Assembly (NCBI RefSeq): GCF_009914755.1
Contig: NC_060939.1
From: the human T2T-CHM13v2.0 reference genome, Homo sapiens
Strand: one strand, 5' to 3'
DNA: 64,000 nucleotides
Below, piece by piece: positions 62,327 to 64,000 of this stretch. Under the pieces are notes generated by a model. That model was not told the origin of the DNA, searched no databases, and saw only the letters and a list, made by a program, of their open reading frames with translations. Positions within the stretch are counted from its first letter, which is position 1. Every line of letters starts with the position of its first letter. The translations under genes and the position numbers were made by a program.

Positions 62327-63019
62327 CAGCATAAAACAAACCTACTGAGCATCTACCTGTGCCAAGCACTATTCTAGGTAAGGAATACAGTGGAAAATGA
62401 GATAGACAAATTGAGAAAAAAGAAATAGGATCATCCATTCTTCACTCCCCAGTGTTATAGAACTAATTCAGGCCTATTAACGAAACAACTTAGCGCTATG
62501 AAAATGTAATGTGCATAGACTAACACAGGCACATGACAAGCATTTACGGAAAAGTCCACTTAGGTGTTCCATCACCAGGCTCTGCCGGCAGCACTTGGCA
62601 ATGAACGTAGCTTCTGCACAGGCTCAGAAAGAGAAGTGAAAGAGTCAGTGCTTGGTTAGGGCACATTCAGTGGGCCTTCATCGAAACGGCTGGAGAGACA
62701 CTACCTCTGAGCAGCTTTCTGGAGAAACCTCAACCTGCTTCCTGAAAGGGCAAGCCAGGCTGAACACCTTCAGTAGATAGTCATTTGTGGGATAATCCAT
62801 TACCATCTATTTGCGCTATAGGAAAAGCAGCCTTTTGAGAGAGGAGAACTTAGGACAGGGAAGTTTTGCTAGGGATAGGGACTTCGAATTCTGGGGACTT
62901 CCCAGTCCCGGGGATGACTTGCAGCTGTGGGTGAATCATGATGGCCACTGATATCTATTGCATATGCGCTGAGCCTCCCAGCCACTTCACTGCATAGATT
63001 AGCTCTGAGAATTCCTGAA

Positions 63020-63160
63020 ACCTACCAGGTAGGTACTTTTTCTCCCTTCTATTTTTATAGATGAAGAAACAGACACAGTGAAGTCACAGAGCCAACAAGT
63101 AAGGGAGCTGGGATGCTAAGCCAATAAGTCTGACTCCAGAGCCTGAAGTCTTCTACTCCC
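63020..63160 (-). mobile_element. MIR fragment
   Basis: GGTAGGTACT...TTTTATAGATGAAGAAACAGA...TCTGACTCCAGAGCC. Confidence 0.7.
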
Positions 63161-63628
63161 TCTCCCTGTACCTCTGGGCCCCAGGTGGAGAAGGAGAGCA
63201 GGACTACTGCAGTGTTCTTTCTATGCCCAGGCCTCAGCACCCAGTAGGTGACCACACGTATTGAAATGAACAATGACACAAAGAGCACCGTCAAGAACAA
63301 CCTTTTCCTACCCCGACCCTTCTTCATGGAGCTCACCTGGGCCTTGCCCCTCCCCAGCCCCACATTTCCACTGAGTATAGAGACCCGCCTTATTTGCCTG
63401 ACTTTGGAATCTGACCTCTGGCCCGTAGCCATCCTGGGCTCTGCCTCCTTTTGTACATAAAGCCTTTGTCTTCTTAGGAAAATGACCAGGTTCTGCCCAT
63501 AAAAGTATCCAGCCTGAAAGGAAGGTGGAGAGAGAGTGCATCATGGAAAATTATAGAAATGCATTTCTTTGCATTTGAATACTTATAGGATCTCACTTTT
63601 GGCAGCAAACCGACTCTGGGTTAGACCC

Positions 63629-64000
63629 CAGCATCCTTAGCCTTTTTGTGCCATGGACCTCTTTGTATGTGACGAAGCCTATGGACTTCTCAGAATAGAC
63701 TCTTTTAAGTGCACAAAATAAAATACAGAGAGCAATGGAAATAAATTATATCGAAATAGGGTTTATAAAAATATTTGTGATATTACATGATATGTTTTAT
63801 TGGCACATTAAATAACAAGATCCAGAGTTGGGTCTAATTACTGTAATTTTGAGGTAATGATGAGGAAAAATGATATCCCAAGAGTCCACAACAGCTGTAG
63901 TGTAATATGAAAATATCTGTTATTTCTGTTGGTAACAAAGTAACAGGTGCTGCTAACCCAGTGAGGTTTGTTCCCAGCATCATTCACCATGGAAGGAAAT
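63629..64000 (+). mobile_element. MER119-like hAT-Charlie element (runs off window)
   Basis: CAG..TCCTTAGCCTTTTTGTGCCATGGACC...GAAGCCTATGGAC.TCTCAGAATA...AAAATAAAATACA. Confidence 0.7.

Overview
This is primate (almost certainly human) genomic DNA containing the 5' part of TBC1D2B, a PH-domain/TBC-domain Rab-GAP, on the minus strand. A CpG-island promoter lies at about 51.7-52.5 kb. Coding exons 1-4 are at 52199-51840, 28765-28612, 19646-19478 and 4706-4543. They total 847 nt (282 codons + 1 nt), and all have GT-AG boundaries with consistent phases. The gene continues off the left edge of the window. The rest is intronic and upstream DNA dominated by Alu, L1M, L2, MIR, MaLR LTRs and hAT DNA-transposon fossils. 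Almost all ORFs in the supplied track are repeat-derived or GC-skew artefacts. I found no convincing novel multi-gene system. The best leads are structural and regulatory: (1) a 188-bp, about 97%-identical inverted templated duplication just upstream of the promoter, flanked by a 6-bp direct repeat; (2) a possible intronic-polyadenylation, PH-only isoform after exon 4; (3) an Alu-Alu recombination duplication that made a chimeric Alu; (4) a near-abutting inverted Alu pair; (5) a ~430-bp purine tract grown from an Alu tail; (6) several local tandem duplications and candidate ZNF143, CTCF and NF-kB sites. Repeat boundaries and subfamilies were assigned by eye and are approximate.
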